Shown here: positions 34,122 through 43,256 of the stretch, piece by piece
How positions within the stretch are numbered: position 1 is the first letter of the stretch
Layout: every line of letters begins with the position of its first letter
IMG/VR virus record: IMGVR_UViG_3300030099_001111
Location: 1 to 52,426 of that record
Origin: a virus
Taxonomy: Duplodnaviria; Caudoviricetes
DNA length: 52,426 nucleotides
Direction: 5' to 3' (one strand)
Notes under the pieces: model-generated
Told to the model about the DNA's origin: nothing
Seen by the model: only the letters and a program-made list of their open reading frames with translations
Databases searched by the model: none
Made by a program: the position numbers and the translations under genes

Positions 34122-35852
34122 TTAAATTGTGTAGATTTTTACCGGTTTTTCCTTACCTTTGACAAAAATAGACTCTAACTCTGTTACTTTACCTTTATAT
34201 TTGCTAATGGTTGCCTCACCAATAACTAAATTTTTACCAACAGATTTACATGAAGATTCTAACCGAGCTGCAAGATTACATGCATCGCCCAAAACACTAT
34301 ATTCAAAACGAGATTCACTTCCCATATTTCCTGCAACAACTTCTCCAGAGTTTATTCCTATACCAATCTCAATATCTAACTGTGCTTCTTGCATTGCGTG
34401 TGTTATTTGAAGAGCTGTCTTAATAGCTTTTTGCTCATGGTTCTCAACATCTACTGGAGCATTCCAAACAGCCATCATAGCATCACCGATATATTTATCT
34501 ACCATTCCTTCATTAGCTTTGACTGCATCTGCTTGAATAGTTAAAGCTTTGTTCATTATCTCAATAACTTCTTCTGGTTCTAGTTTCTCTGACATAGAAG
34601 TAAAACCCCTGACATCTGTAAACATTATCGTACAGTTTCTTCTTTCACCGCCCAATCTTAATAACTCTGGATTCTTTTGTAGTCTAGCCACTTGTCGAGG
34701 GTCAAGATAAGTAGAGAACTGCTTCTTGATTTGTTGTCTAAGTTTAAACTGAGTTCTAAAGTTTAGATAGAACTGTTGAGCAGAAATTAAAAATAAACTT
34801 ATTAGAGTCCATGTGACATCTATCAAAAGATTCTGCTGTATGAAAGACCAACCAAGATAAGCTACCCCACTAAAGATACTTAAGGCTGAGACTAAACCTG
34901 TAGTAATACCTAAGAAACCAGTTAAAATACCTACGAGTAAACCAGCTACTACTAAGATACTTAGTTCAGCAAACAAACGATAGTCTGGTATGCTAGGTGT
35001 CTCCAGTAAAATAGACTCAGCTAAGGCTGCTTGAATTTTATGTGGCTCTAATAAACCCACAGGAGTTGCTAGTTGTCTCTGTATTCCAGAAGCAGTAAAA
35101 CCAACAAAAACAAACTTACCCTGCACATCCATTTCAGTTAGGTTAGTCTCTGGTGTCTTGACCCAACTAATCCATTTTTTACCTGCTGAGTCTGTAGAGA
35201 TAGGTGGTATACCTTTTACTCTTATCATCTCTATACCGTTCTCGTTGGTTTTTATTTGATAAGTATTGCCACCGCCAAGTATCTTAAGAACTTCTGTACC
35301 AAAAGAAGCTACCCAGCCCTCTGGGGTTTGTTGGATGAGGGGTATCTGTCTAACTAGATTATCTATATCAACCGGCACTGACACAGCTCCTTGAGCTGCA
35401 GAGGCTTTTAAGACTGGAATGTTTTCTAAGAAACCTTGAGCTTGAGTTAAACTAATATCAGGTCCTAAGATAACTGTTCCGTGTGTCTGTGGATATTTAT
35501 TATTATTTACTTCGGGCATTGCTATGACACTAGGAGCTAAACCAAGCATCTCAGCAAAGGCTTCATCGCCTCCTAGTCTATCAGGATGAGGAAAGAGTAT
35601 TGTCCAGCCAACCCCCAAGGCTCCTTGTTGTAATAACTTAAGTTGTATGTCTGCTAGGGTCTGACGAGGTAAAGGATAACCACCTTGCTGGTCTATAAAC
35701 TCTTCATCAATGTTGAGGATAGTAAAGTAACCAGTAGGCTCTGGAGTCTTGACAAGGGCATCAAAGGTTTTGAGTCTTAGTATCTCCAAAGGCGGAGCAT
35801 TGAACACTAAGGGAAGTGTCAATAAAAAAAGTAAAAGACTAGCCCACTTCAT
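34122..35852 (-). CDS. CHASE2-domain class III adenylate cyclase
   Basis: Periplasmic ILNIDE...GGYPLPR...D.DNLVR CHASE2-like region, three TM helices, FTDVRGFT, DKYIGDAMM, EYSVLGDACNLAARLE. Confidence 0.9.
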   Translation of the reverse strand: MKWASLLLFLLTLPLVFNAPPLEILRLKTFDALVKTPEPTGYFTILNIDEEFIDQQGGYPLPRQTLADIQLKLLQQGALGVGWTILFPHPDRLGGDEAFAEMLGLAPSVIAMPEVNNNKYPQTHGTVILGPDISLTQAQGFLENIPVLKASAAQGAVSVPVDIDNLVRQIPLIQQTPEGWVASFGTEVLKILGGGNTYQIKTNENGIEMIRVKGIPPISTDSAGKKWISWVKTPETNLTEMDVQGKFVFVGFTASGIQRQLATPVGLLEPHKIQAALAESILLETPSIPDYRLFAELSILVVAGLLVGILTGFLGITTGLVSALSIFSGVAYLGWSFIQQNLLIDVTWTLISLFLISAQQFYLNFRTQFKLRQQIKKQFSTYLDPRQVARLQKNPELLRLGGERRNCTIMFTDVRGFTSMSEKLEPEEVIEIMNKALTIQADAVKANEGMVDKYIGDAMMAVWNAPVDVENHEQKAIKTALQITHAMQEAQLDIEIGIGINSGEVVAGNMGSESRFEYSVLGDACNLAARLESSCKSVGKNLVIGEATISKYKGKVTELESIFVKGKEKPVKIYTI

Positions 35853-36961
35853 CCGGAAGACTGCTTGATAGTAATGGAAGAGTTACTACCGCCATTAAGA
35901 GTAATAGTAATTGCTTTGCCATCTTGTATAATTAAAACCTTATAACTGTTGTTAGTATCTAAATCTAATCTTACTGTGTCTTCTACTTGTCTTAAGAAAG
36001 TTATAACTGTGTCAGTAATAAAAGTATTTACTTGAGTGTTAGAGTCAAAACCAAAAGCTGTGCCTTGAACACTAATATCACCAGTGTTCAAAACATTTTG
36101 TTCTAACTCATCAACTTCTTCTATAATACTTAGAAGGTCTTCTAAGAAATTTACATCTAAATAGTTGATATCAAGTTCGGTGAACTCTAAGTTATCTTCT
36201 GCTAAGTAGTCTTGTTCTAGTTCGTCAAACTCTAAATAGTCTATGTCTAGAATATTGTCCGAGCCATCTGTTTGTTTTTCTTCATTAACAAAATCTGAGT
36301 CTTGTTTTGGTGGATTGACAATCAACATGTTGTCAATAATATCTAGAGTCAAGTCTAAAATAACAGGACTACTAGGTGTTGTTTCAAGCAACTCAACTGT
36401 AGTAGCTTGATAGGGTTTGTTGAGAACTACTTGTCCTGCTAAAGTAGAAACAACTATTTCACCAGAAGCAATTCCCTGTTCATTTGGTAATAGTATTATT
36501 AAAGACCTGCCGAGTTCATCAACAGTAACAGTAAAGTCTGTTCCCCTAATACCGATAGTAGCACTTGGAGTCTTGATAGAGATGTTTTCTTTATTGATAG
36601 AGGCTAATTTGCCGGTAATAAACCTAGCTGTACCACTAGCAAACTGTAGAGCCATCTTAGATTTAGATGGGTCAGGGTCATAGATAAACTCATCTATAAC
36701 TAACTGTGAGTGTTCGGTAAGTCGAACCTGCGAGTCGTCTAGAAAAGTTATACCTATTCGACCATTAGAAGTTTCGACATTATCAAAACTATTAATAGTA
36801 AAAGCGAGAGCAGCAGTAAAGGGGTCTTGCTCCCTTACTACTCTCCCTATACCTTTTAATTCTGTTATGCTTCCTATACTAGCAACTTGTGCTGCCTGAA
36901 TCTGATTGTATGATACAGACAGTGCCATTATTGCCAGTAGAAATAATCTTAAGCCAATCAC
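35849..36961 (-). CDS. Secreted FecR-domain protein with acidic C-terminal region
   Basis: Signal peptide; D.VET..GRI.ITF.DDS.VRL.EHS.L.I...KTPSATIGIRGTDF. Confidence 0.85.
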   Translation of the reverse strand: MIGLRLFLLAIMALSVSYNQIQAAQVASIGSITELKGIGRVVREQDPFTAALAFTINSFDNVETSNGRIGITFLDDSQVRLTEHSQLVIDEFIYDPDPSKSKMALQFASGTARFITGKLASINKENISIKTPSATIGIRGTDFTVTVDELGRSLIILLPNEQGIASGEIVVSTLAGQVVLNKPYQATTVELLETTPSSPVILDLTLDIIDNMLIVNPPKQDSDFVNEEKQTDGSDNILDIDYLEFDELEQDYLAEDNLEFTELDINYLDVNFLEDLLSIIEEVDELEQNVLNTGDISVQGTAFGFDSNTQVNTFITDTVITFLRQVEDTVRLDLDTNNSYKVLIIQDGKAITITLNGGSNSSITIKQSSG

Positions 36962-37580
36962 TTGCTAAAGTTGAACTCTGTGTAATATTAAATGCTCGAC
37001 TGCTACCTGTTTGGTCTAGATAAAAATAACCATCAGCATAACCACTACCATTATAGACCACACTGTTTGAGTCACCATCTATATCTAAATAAGATGTGGC
37101 TCCATCAATATCTACTGTGTAATCTATGGTATTTAAATCACCATTGATAATCCAGTCGAGGTCTAAGTATTCTGCTAAAGCATTTGTTGCAACATTTAAC
37201 TCAAAGTCATTACTTGAGCCTGTAACATCAACATAGTAATTACCACCATCAGCACTATAAGTATCTGTTGGGTCTACTTGAATTTCAAAAGTATTACTAT
37301 CACCATCAAATTCAAAAAAACCTACTAGTGAATCTAAGATAATGTCTCCAATAAATTTGTTGGAATCCCCAAGTTGATTGATGTCTAAAGTCATAGAACC
37401 ACCAGTTAATTCTAGTGCAGTCATTTGACCTGAAACAGCATCAAGACCACCAATAAGGTTGGAACCGCCTAGTTGTTCAACATCTAGGTTTAAGTCTGAA
37501 CCAACTTGATTGATGTATATTTCATTGTCGGCTTTGGCTATAAAGCCTAAGAAAGCTAATAATATAATTATTCTATTCAT
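36879..37580 (-). CDS. Secreted curlin-like beta-solenoid protein
   Basis: Signal peptide ending AKA; repeated x-I-x-Q-x-G-x-x-N turns; acidic, N/G/S-rich. Confidence 0.65.
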   Translation of the reverse strand: MNRIIILLAFLGFIAKADNEIYINQVGSDLNLDVEQLGGSNLIGGLDAVSGQMTALELTGGSMTLDINQLGDSNKFIGDIILDSLVGFFEFDGDSNTFEIQVDPTDTYSADGGNYYVDVTGSSNDFELNVATNALAEYLDLDWIINGDLNTIDYTVDIDGATSYLDIDGDSNSVVYNGSGYADGYFYLDQTGSSRAFNITQSSTLASDWLKIISTGNNGTVCIIQSDSGSTSC

Positions 37581-38391
37581 AACTCCAAAATCTCCTCTCT
37601 ATTCCTTGTTGTACTATTTCTAGTACACTTGTCTCTATCGCTTTTTGGAGAGCAATAGATACACTTTCGTTTTGTGTAACACCAGATTCTATTTCTACTA
37701 ACTCTGTCCCAGCTTCAATGAATCTAAAGATATCATTAGAAACTCCTACAGATAGGATAGTCTTTGATGTTAGTACTTCTATTAATATTTCTCCGGTATT
37801 AACAGAAACTAGTCGTAAAGAAACTGTCACAGTGTCTTCACGATATTGGCGGCTCATGCCGATGCCTAGATATCTAGCACCATTACCACCACTTTTTAGG
37901 TTCGTGTCATACGAAATGACTCCGCCCTGAACCAGTAGACCTGCGAAGATAAGAGGGTTTAACTCTGTATTATCTTCAAAGTCTTTGCGGGTTGTTCTAA
38001 TTATTTGTCGTTCTTTAGTTAAGTTATCTAGACCTACTCTTTCGACAACTGTAAAGAATTGACCATCTGCAGCATGTTTAAAAGCCCTGATAAGTAAAGC
38101 ATCAGGTGATTGAGTTATAGCAGAACTAAATAAAGCAAAGGTACTGTTACTCTTTCTTTGCCCTGTTAGGTCTGTGAAGCTATTAGGATAAATAGCAATA
38201 GTCGGCTTAATTCTAGCCGGTCTTAAGTTTTTTAACTCTTCTGACTGTAACTCTAATACGGTACTTGGTCTTTTCTTTGAATAAGCTCCTATGACATTCT
38301 CATCTAATAGAGAACTGTGTCTAAGGCTTGAACAACTAGAAAGTAAAAGAACCGATAGGAACAGTAATCTCTGTAACATTCCCCTCTGCAT
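37573..38391 (-). CDS. csgG: Curli secretion channel CsgG-like lipoprotein
   Basis: Lipobox LLSSC; F.DLTGQRK...FSSAITQ, F.VVER.GLDNLTKERQIIR, GG.ISYDTN..SGG.GARYLGIG. Confidence 0.92.
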   Translation of the reverse strand: MQRGMLQRLLFLSVLLLSSCSSLRHSSLLDENVIGAYSKKRPSTVLELQSEELKNLRPARIKPTIAIYPNSFTDLTGQRKSNSTFALFSSAITQSPDALLIRAFKHAADGQFFTVVERVGLDNLTKERQIIRTTRKDFEDNTELNPLIFAGLLVQGGVISYDTNLKSGGNGARYLGIGMSRQYREDTVTVSLRLVSVNTGEILIEVLTSKTILSVGVSNDIFRFIEAGTELVEIESGVTQNESVSIALQKAIETSVLEIVQQGIERRFWSYE

Positions 38392-38845
38392 CTGTAATCT
38401 TTAATGTAATCATAGTACCGTCTGGACTAACGGTATATTCAATAGTATTACCCATTAACTCTAACACTCCAGCTGTGCTTGGGTCTTCACCAAACAAAGC
38501 ATCTACTAACTGTCGTGATAATTGAGCATATATTCTTGATTCTAAGTTTCTGATAAATCTTGCTAGAGTTGTATTATCTGCTTCTCTTTCTAGCTCTTCT
38601 CGATAAGCTTTTATTTCAGCTTTAATAGCTGCCTTTCTATTAAACTCTTGATTCTCAATAGTAAGATAGTGAGCTGAAGTATTTAGCCCACTAAAAGAAG
38701 GCGACTTAAATTTGTGTACTAATTCATCGGCAAATATATTACCGCTGACACCAGCAGTCATAACTAAAAACCCTGCAATTAATAGGGTTAGTTCTAAGCT
38801 TTTTAACATAATTTCCTCAATCTTTTCGTTGGTCTTTTTTTCCAT
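38336..38845 (-). CDS. csgF: Curli assembly protein CsgF-like
   Basis: Signal peptide then ELVHKFKSPSFSG; ARFIRNLESRIYAQLS; G..TEITVP; adjacent to csgG. Confidence 0.85.
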   Translation of the reverse strand: MEKKTNEKIEEIMLKSLELTLLIAGFLVMTAGVSGNIFADELVHKFKSPSFSGLNTSAHYLTIENQEFNRKAAIKAEIKAYREELEREADNTTLARFIRNLESRIYAQLSRQLVDALFGEDPSTAGVLELMGNTIEYTVSPDGTMITLKITDAEGNVTEITVPIGSFTF

Positions 38846-39104
38846 CTGCCCTTGCTAATCTATCTACATCTACAGGCACTCCCATAGCTGTCCGACACAT
38901 TGTGTCTATTCTTATTATATCGTTGTCTATTTGTCTTATCCTATCTATTAAAGCTACTATCATGCTATGTTGAGTATCTAGTTTTTTATGGACATCTGCT
39001 ATCAAATGATTAAATAGTTTCCAAACCATCCACCCAGCTGCTACAGCAAAAGCCGCAGGAATTCCTACAGTTTCTAAAATGTCCATCCATGTTTTTGTAT
39101 TCAT
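38817..39104 (-). CDS. Small membrane protein, holin-like
   Basis: One TM helix (VGIPAAFAVAAGWMVWKL) then coiled coil. Confidence 0.6.
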   Translation of the reverse strand: MNTKTWMDILETVGIPAAFAVAAGWMVWKLFNHLIADVHKKLDTQHSMIVALIDRIRQIDNDIIRIDTMCRTAMGVPVDVDRLARADGKKDQRKD

Positions 39105-39547
39105 TATCTACCTTTAACTAAACTACCACCAAAGTACATACCTATAATTGCTGAGACTAAATTAGTATCTAATTGTGTAATTACCAAGCCCTGAAATGTA
39201 ACCCATTCAAATATTTCTCTACCTTCTTTCAAGAACCAAAAGCCCGGATTCCAATTAGTGTAACCAACAGTCACGGAAACATCTGGATAGTAGACTGCTA
39301 CTAGTTTAGGTAGTAACACAATAGCAAAAACTGAAGTCAAAGCTATGATTCTTCTAGTCCAAGCAAAGCCTTTATCTTTTAAACCATGGTCTAAAGACTG
39401 TTGCCTTTCTTTCATGCCAAACTCACCACGGGTTATTAAAAGTTTTTGTTGCTCTGCCTTAGCTTTTCTACTCTCAGCCCAAACACTCATTAAACCACCA
39501 AGAACTGTGGAGGCTAACATAGTTATTATTTCAAAAGGAAAACCCAC
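39104..39547 (-). CDS. Three-TM holin-like membrane protein
   Basis: Three hydrophobic segments, WTRRIIAL, IIGMYFGG C-terminus. Confidence 0.65.
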   Translation of the reverse strand: MGFPFEIITMLASTVLGGLMSVWAESRKAKAEQQKLLITRGEFGMKERQQSLDHGLKDKGFAWTRRIIALTSVFAIVLLPKLVAVYYPDVSVTVGYTNWNPGFWFLKEGREIFEWVTFQGLVITQLDTNLVSAIIGMYFGGSLVKGR

Positions 39548-39699
39548 TATTCAAATTCTCCTAACATAAATTTTTCCATTTCTTTTTCATACAAAGGTCT
39601 ATAATCTTCAATAGTTACCCAAGGTAAATTAAGACCTGCTCTAGCTTTGCAATTATCTCGCCAAGCTTCCTCTAGTTGTTGTTCTGTGTAGAGTATCAT
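39547..39699 (-). CDS. Small hypothetical protein (MILYTEQQLEEAW type, 50 aa)
   Basis: Not in the ORF track; fills the gap with coupled start and stop. Confidence 0.65.
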   Translation of the reverse strand: MILYTEQQLEEAWRDNCKARAGLNLPWVTIEDYRPLYEKEMEKFMLGEFE

Positions 39700-42600
39700 T
39701 AATTTTCTGTATATAAATATTTATACATTGTTTCCTTCATTAAATTTTTATTTAAAACTCCGGGTGCTTCTTCAGTATTTTTAGCTACTTTATTTATATA
39801 ATTATCTAAATGAGCTTCTAGTTTTTTAGGATTGTTATATTTTTTGAAACCTTTATCACGATATTTTCTTATTAGATTTGTTTCAGTAATAATGCCTGTT
39901 AAAATTTCTTTATTAATATAATTATCTTTCATGCCAAAATTTATACGAGCATCTTTGACTGTAGGTATATTTAAATACTCACCAACTGAAAAAGTAGGTT
40001 CAAACTGTTCAATTTTTAAAGCCTCTTTTACAACATCTTTACTACCCTCAGCAAAACCTAGCCTACTCATCTGTTCTTGATAAGGTTCACCAGTCAAAGG
40101 ATTGATACGGTCTGCTGGGTTTTCTTGGGTAAAAGGTACTTCTGGTCCTGAGACTAAACCACCTGTTGCAAATCTTATTACTTCATCTTCAACACGTCTA
40201 ATAGGCTCTCCAGCTTTATCTATTTCTCTGACTTTATCAAGTGCCTGTTTATATGTTTCTGGGAACTGACTTCTTAATACTGTAATAAAAGGAGCCTTTC
40301 TAAACAAAGCCTCAGCAGTTGCTCCTCTGTATTGAGAAGCTCTAATATAATCGACAATGTCTCCTACAGCTGGTCCAGTAACAGTAGTTAAAGCAGCTGT
40401 AATATTATTTTGAAATTTTCTAGCTTGTTCATATCTAACATAGTATTCAAATGGTCCGTATAATCCTGACCTAATTAAAGCATCATTTAATATTCCAGTA
40501 TTTTCTAAACCAGTTGCACTTGGGTCAGAGTTCCATAATGGTTTTTTACCTTCATTAAATAATTCTAAATTACGACCTCTTGTTCTAATAGTGTTACCAA
40601 TTATACCAGCAGACATCATAACCAGAATACCTGATAAGACTTTTGGAGTTGCTAGTCTAGAAGTTTTACCATTTTTTATATCTTTAGTTATTTCTCTAAC
40701 TGCGTTTTTAATAGCAGTATTAGAAAATGCTGTTGGGAATCCTAGTAAGCCAAAAGCCCATTTAGTTAAAGGATGAGAATGCACTAAAGGTTTTTGATTA
40801 GCAGCAGTAGTAGGGTTCATTACAACTTCATCAGTATATCTTCCGGCTCCTTTTCTAACTTGCTTTAAATAAAAATCATCTGTATGTTCGGCTCCATTTC
40901 TTACCCATTTTAATCCAGCTTCTATATCTATACCTAATTCGTTTAATTCTCCTGCTAATCTTTGTCGGGTTGTCCTGTCTAAACCACCTTTAGATAAATC
41001 TTCTAAATTTCTAATTATCATACCTTTACCAGTATCATAACCTACTAATTGTACAAACCTTGTCCAGTCATGTAAAAAAACACTTTTAAAAAAAGTATTT
41101 TGAATTTTAGTAGAGTTTCTTCCTAAAGCTTGTCCATAAATAGCCATAGCTCTATCTTCTTTTGCCATGTCTACAGACCTATTAAAAGCATTAAGTTCTC
41201 TTCTATTTAAACTACGAGTTTCCGGTCCAATATCTTTACCCGTTGATACTTGTACTCCTTTCCACCATTCATCAGCTGAATCTGCTATTCCACCCAAAAA
41301 TGATTTAGCCCAAGGTTGGAACTCAGCTCCTCGTAATAAAGGCACTCCAATTTCTGCAAAACTTGTAATAGTTGCAAAAGGTAATAAAGCTGTTTGAGTG
41401 CTTACTTGAATAAAGTCAGACAAGAATCTAAGTGTTGGACTGTTTATGTAACCTTTTTGTCCAGTAGTAAATTCATAAATACTAACTAGCTTATTAATTT
41501 CTCTTTCACTAAAATTACCTTTAAGTTCATTAATAATTTTATTTATGTATCTTTCTTTAAACTCTTCAGGTGTTTCTCCAAATAATTCTTTTCTAGTAAT
41601 AAGTTTACCAGCTTGAAAAATATAATCTTGTAAAACATTTTCAACATTATTATCTAAAAATTCACTATATTTACTATCGTCAATCTTCAAAAGTTTTCTA
41701 GAGGCTTTTATTGAAGATATAGGAGCAGCACTAGTTCCATCAATCATATCAAGATTTGTCATATTTTTCCAAGTTTCTCTAGCTTTAGCAACATCACCGT
41801 TAAACTCATCTTTAGCTAATTTATTAATAAACTTAGCTCCTCCTCCTTCTGTTAAAGCTCCTTGTAACCAAACACGGGGAAAAAAGTTTTGCATTTCTCC
41901 AATGTTAAGACCAGTTTTTTGCCCTGACTCTAATATTTCTGCAAGTAAGGCTCTTATTTCATCTCCAGCTTTAACTAAGTTATCGTCTAATCCTTCTCGA
42001 TTACCAGTTCTAATATAATTTGCTAGGTCTAGGTTTGTTTGCTCATTAAGTCTGTAAGATTTTAAAATAGATTTTCTAGTTCTTCTTTTTTTACTTCTAA
42101 ATGGATTTATAACAGCTCCTTGTGAAAAAGGCATAACTTCGTCTTTACTGCCTAGTTCATATAAATCATATTTTATAAATATTTCTTTTAGTTTTTCTAA
42201 ACGAGTACCTATAAAATCTCCTAGTTTTTCACTATAAGCATCATTCATTTTAGGAGTTTGACCAGCTCCTTCAGCTATTAAACTTTTCTCAGCATCATAT
42301 CTAAATAATTTAATTAGTTTACTTAGAGTTGGAGATTTTTTTGCTTTAATTAAAAAAGAACTAGTAGGTTTGGTTAGAAGATTTAATGCATCTAAAGCAA
42401 TTTGACTTGCTTGTTCTAGTTTAGTAGATTTATAATCATCATTTAAATCTATTTTTGCTAATCTTTTTTCTTCGATAGACCTAAGATAACTTGGAGTTTG
42501 AGCTAAGTGTCTAAGACCAAAAGAAGCTCCATAGCCTAAAGCACCACCCAAAGCTCCAGTAGTTAAAGTTTCTGCTAAATTATAATCTTCTTTTTGACCA

Positions 42601-43256
42601 ACATTAATTTCTCTATTTTGTCTTAAAAAGTCATAAGAAGAACCATAAACCATGCCTTCAGTTCCAACAAGAGCATGAGTTTGTACAGGTGTTAAAGGTT
42701 TATTAAGAACTTGACCCGGTAAAGCTGCAAAACCTTTTTTAGTGCCTTCTTGCACAGCTTTATTAGCTGCTACTTTTAAACCAGTTTGCACAGCTTTACC
42801 AGCTGATAAACGAGCTGCTAAAGAAGTACCCCCAGTCCAAGGAATAAATAAAGCACTAGCTATTAGTGTAGGGTCTGTTAATATTTCTTGACCAATATCA
42901 GCAGAAGTTCTAGCCCACTCTATCCAATCACCAACTTTAGCATTATCAAATTTATTTTTTAAATATAAATAATCCTCTTTTTGTTGGTCATCAAACTTTT
43001 TAGTTTGAAACATAGCTTGAGTAGCATCGCCAAGATTATATTCCATACCTCTAAAAAACCCAAATAAATCATCAGCAGATTTACCTTCGCCAATAGACTG
43101 TAAGAATCTTGTAGTTCTTTGATTAAACTCATCATCGTTTCTTAAGTCATTAAGGGTATAGGTTTCTACTGGAGGTTGTAAAGAAATATTTTTATTAATA
43201 TTAATGTTATTACTAATTGGCAAAATTAATCCTCTTCTATAACTTCGTAATCCCAA
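39699..43256 (-). CDS. Large internal virion (ejection) protein
   Basis: 1185 aa, helical, last of the internal-protein cluster; true start may be TTG 43223. Confidence 0.75.
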   Translation of the reverse strand: MGLRSYRRGLILPISNNININKNISLQPPVETYTLNDLRNDDEFNQRTTRFLQSIGEGKSADDLFGFFRGMEYNLGDATQAMFQTKKFDDQQKEDYLYLKNKFDNAKVGDWIEWARTSADIGQEILTDPTLIASALFIPWTGGTSLAARLSAGKAVQTGLKVAANKAVQEGTKKGFAALPGQVLNKPLTPVQTHALVGTEGMVYGSSYDFLRQNREINVGQKEDYNLAETLTTGALGGALGYGASFGLRHLAQTPSYLRSIEEKRLAKIDLNDDYKSTKLEQASQIALDALNLLTKPTSSFLIKAKKSPTLSKLIKLFRYDAEKSLIAEGAGQTPKMNDAYSEKLGDFIGTRLEKLKEIFIKYDLYELGSKDEVMPFSQGAVINPFRSKKRRTRKSILKSYRLNEQTNLDLANYIRTGNREGLDDNLVKAGDEIRALLAEILESGQKTGLNIGEMQNFFPRVWLQGALTEGGGAKFINKLAKDEFNGDVAKARETWKNMTNLDMIDGTSAAPISSIKASRKLLKIDDSKYSEFLDNNVENVLQDYIFQAGKLITRKELFGETPEEFKERYINKIINELKGNFSEREINKLVSIYEFTTGQKGYINSPTLRFLSDFIQVSTQTALLPFATITSFAEIGVPLLRGAEFQPWAKSFLGGIADSADEWWKGVQVSTGKDIGPETRSLNRRELNAFNRSVDMAKEDRAMAIYGQALGRNSTKIQNTFFKSVFLHDWTRFVQLVGYDTGKGMIIRNLEDLSKGGLDRTTRQRLAGELNELGIDIEAGLKWVRNGAEHTDDFYLKQVRKGAGRYTDEVVMNPTTAANQKPLVHSHPLTKWAFGLLGFPTAFSNTAIKNAVREITKDIKNGKTSRLATPKVLSGILVMMSAGIIGNTIRTRGRNLELFNEGKKPLWNSDPSATGLENTGILNDALIRSGLYGPFEYYVRYEQARKFQNNITAALTTVTGPAVGDIVDYIRASQYRGATAEALFRKAPFITVLRSQFPETYKQALDKVREIDKAGEPIRRVEDEVIRFATGGLVSGPEVPFTQENPADRINPLTGEPYQEQMSRLGFAEGSKDVVKEALKIEQFEPTFSVGEYLNIPTVKDARINFGMKDNYINKEILTGIITETNLIRKYRDKGFKKYNNPKKLEAHLDNYINKVAKNTEEAPGVLNKNLMKETMYKYLYTEN

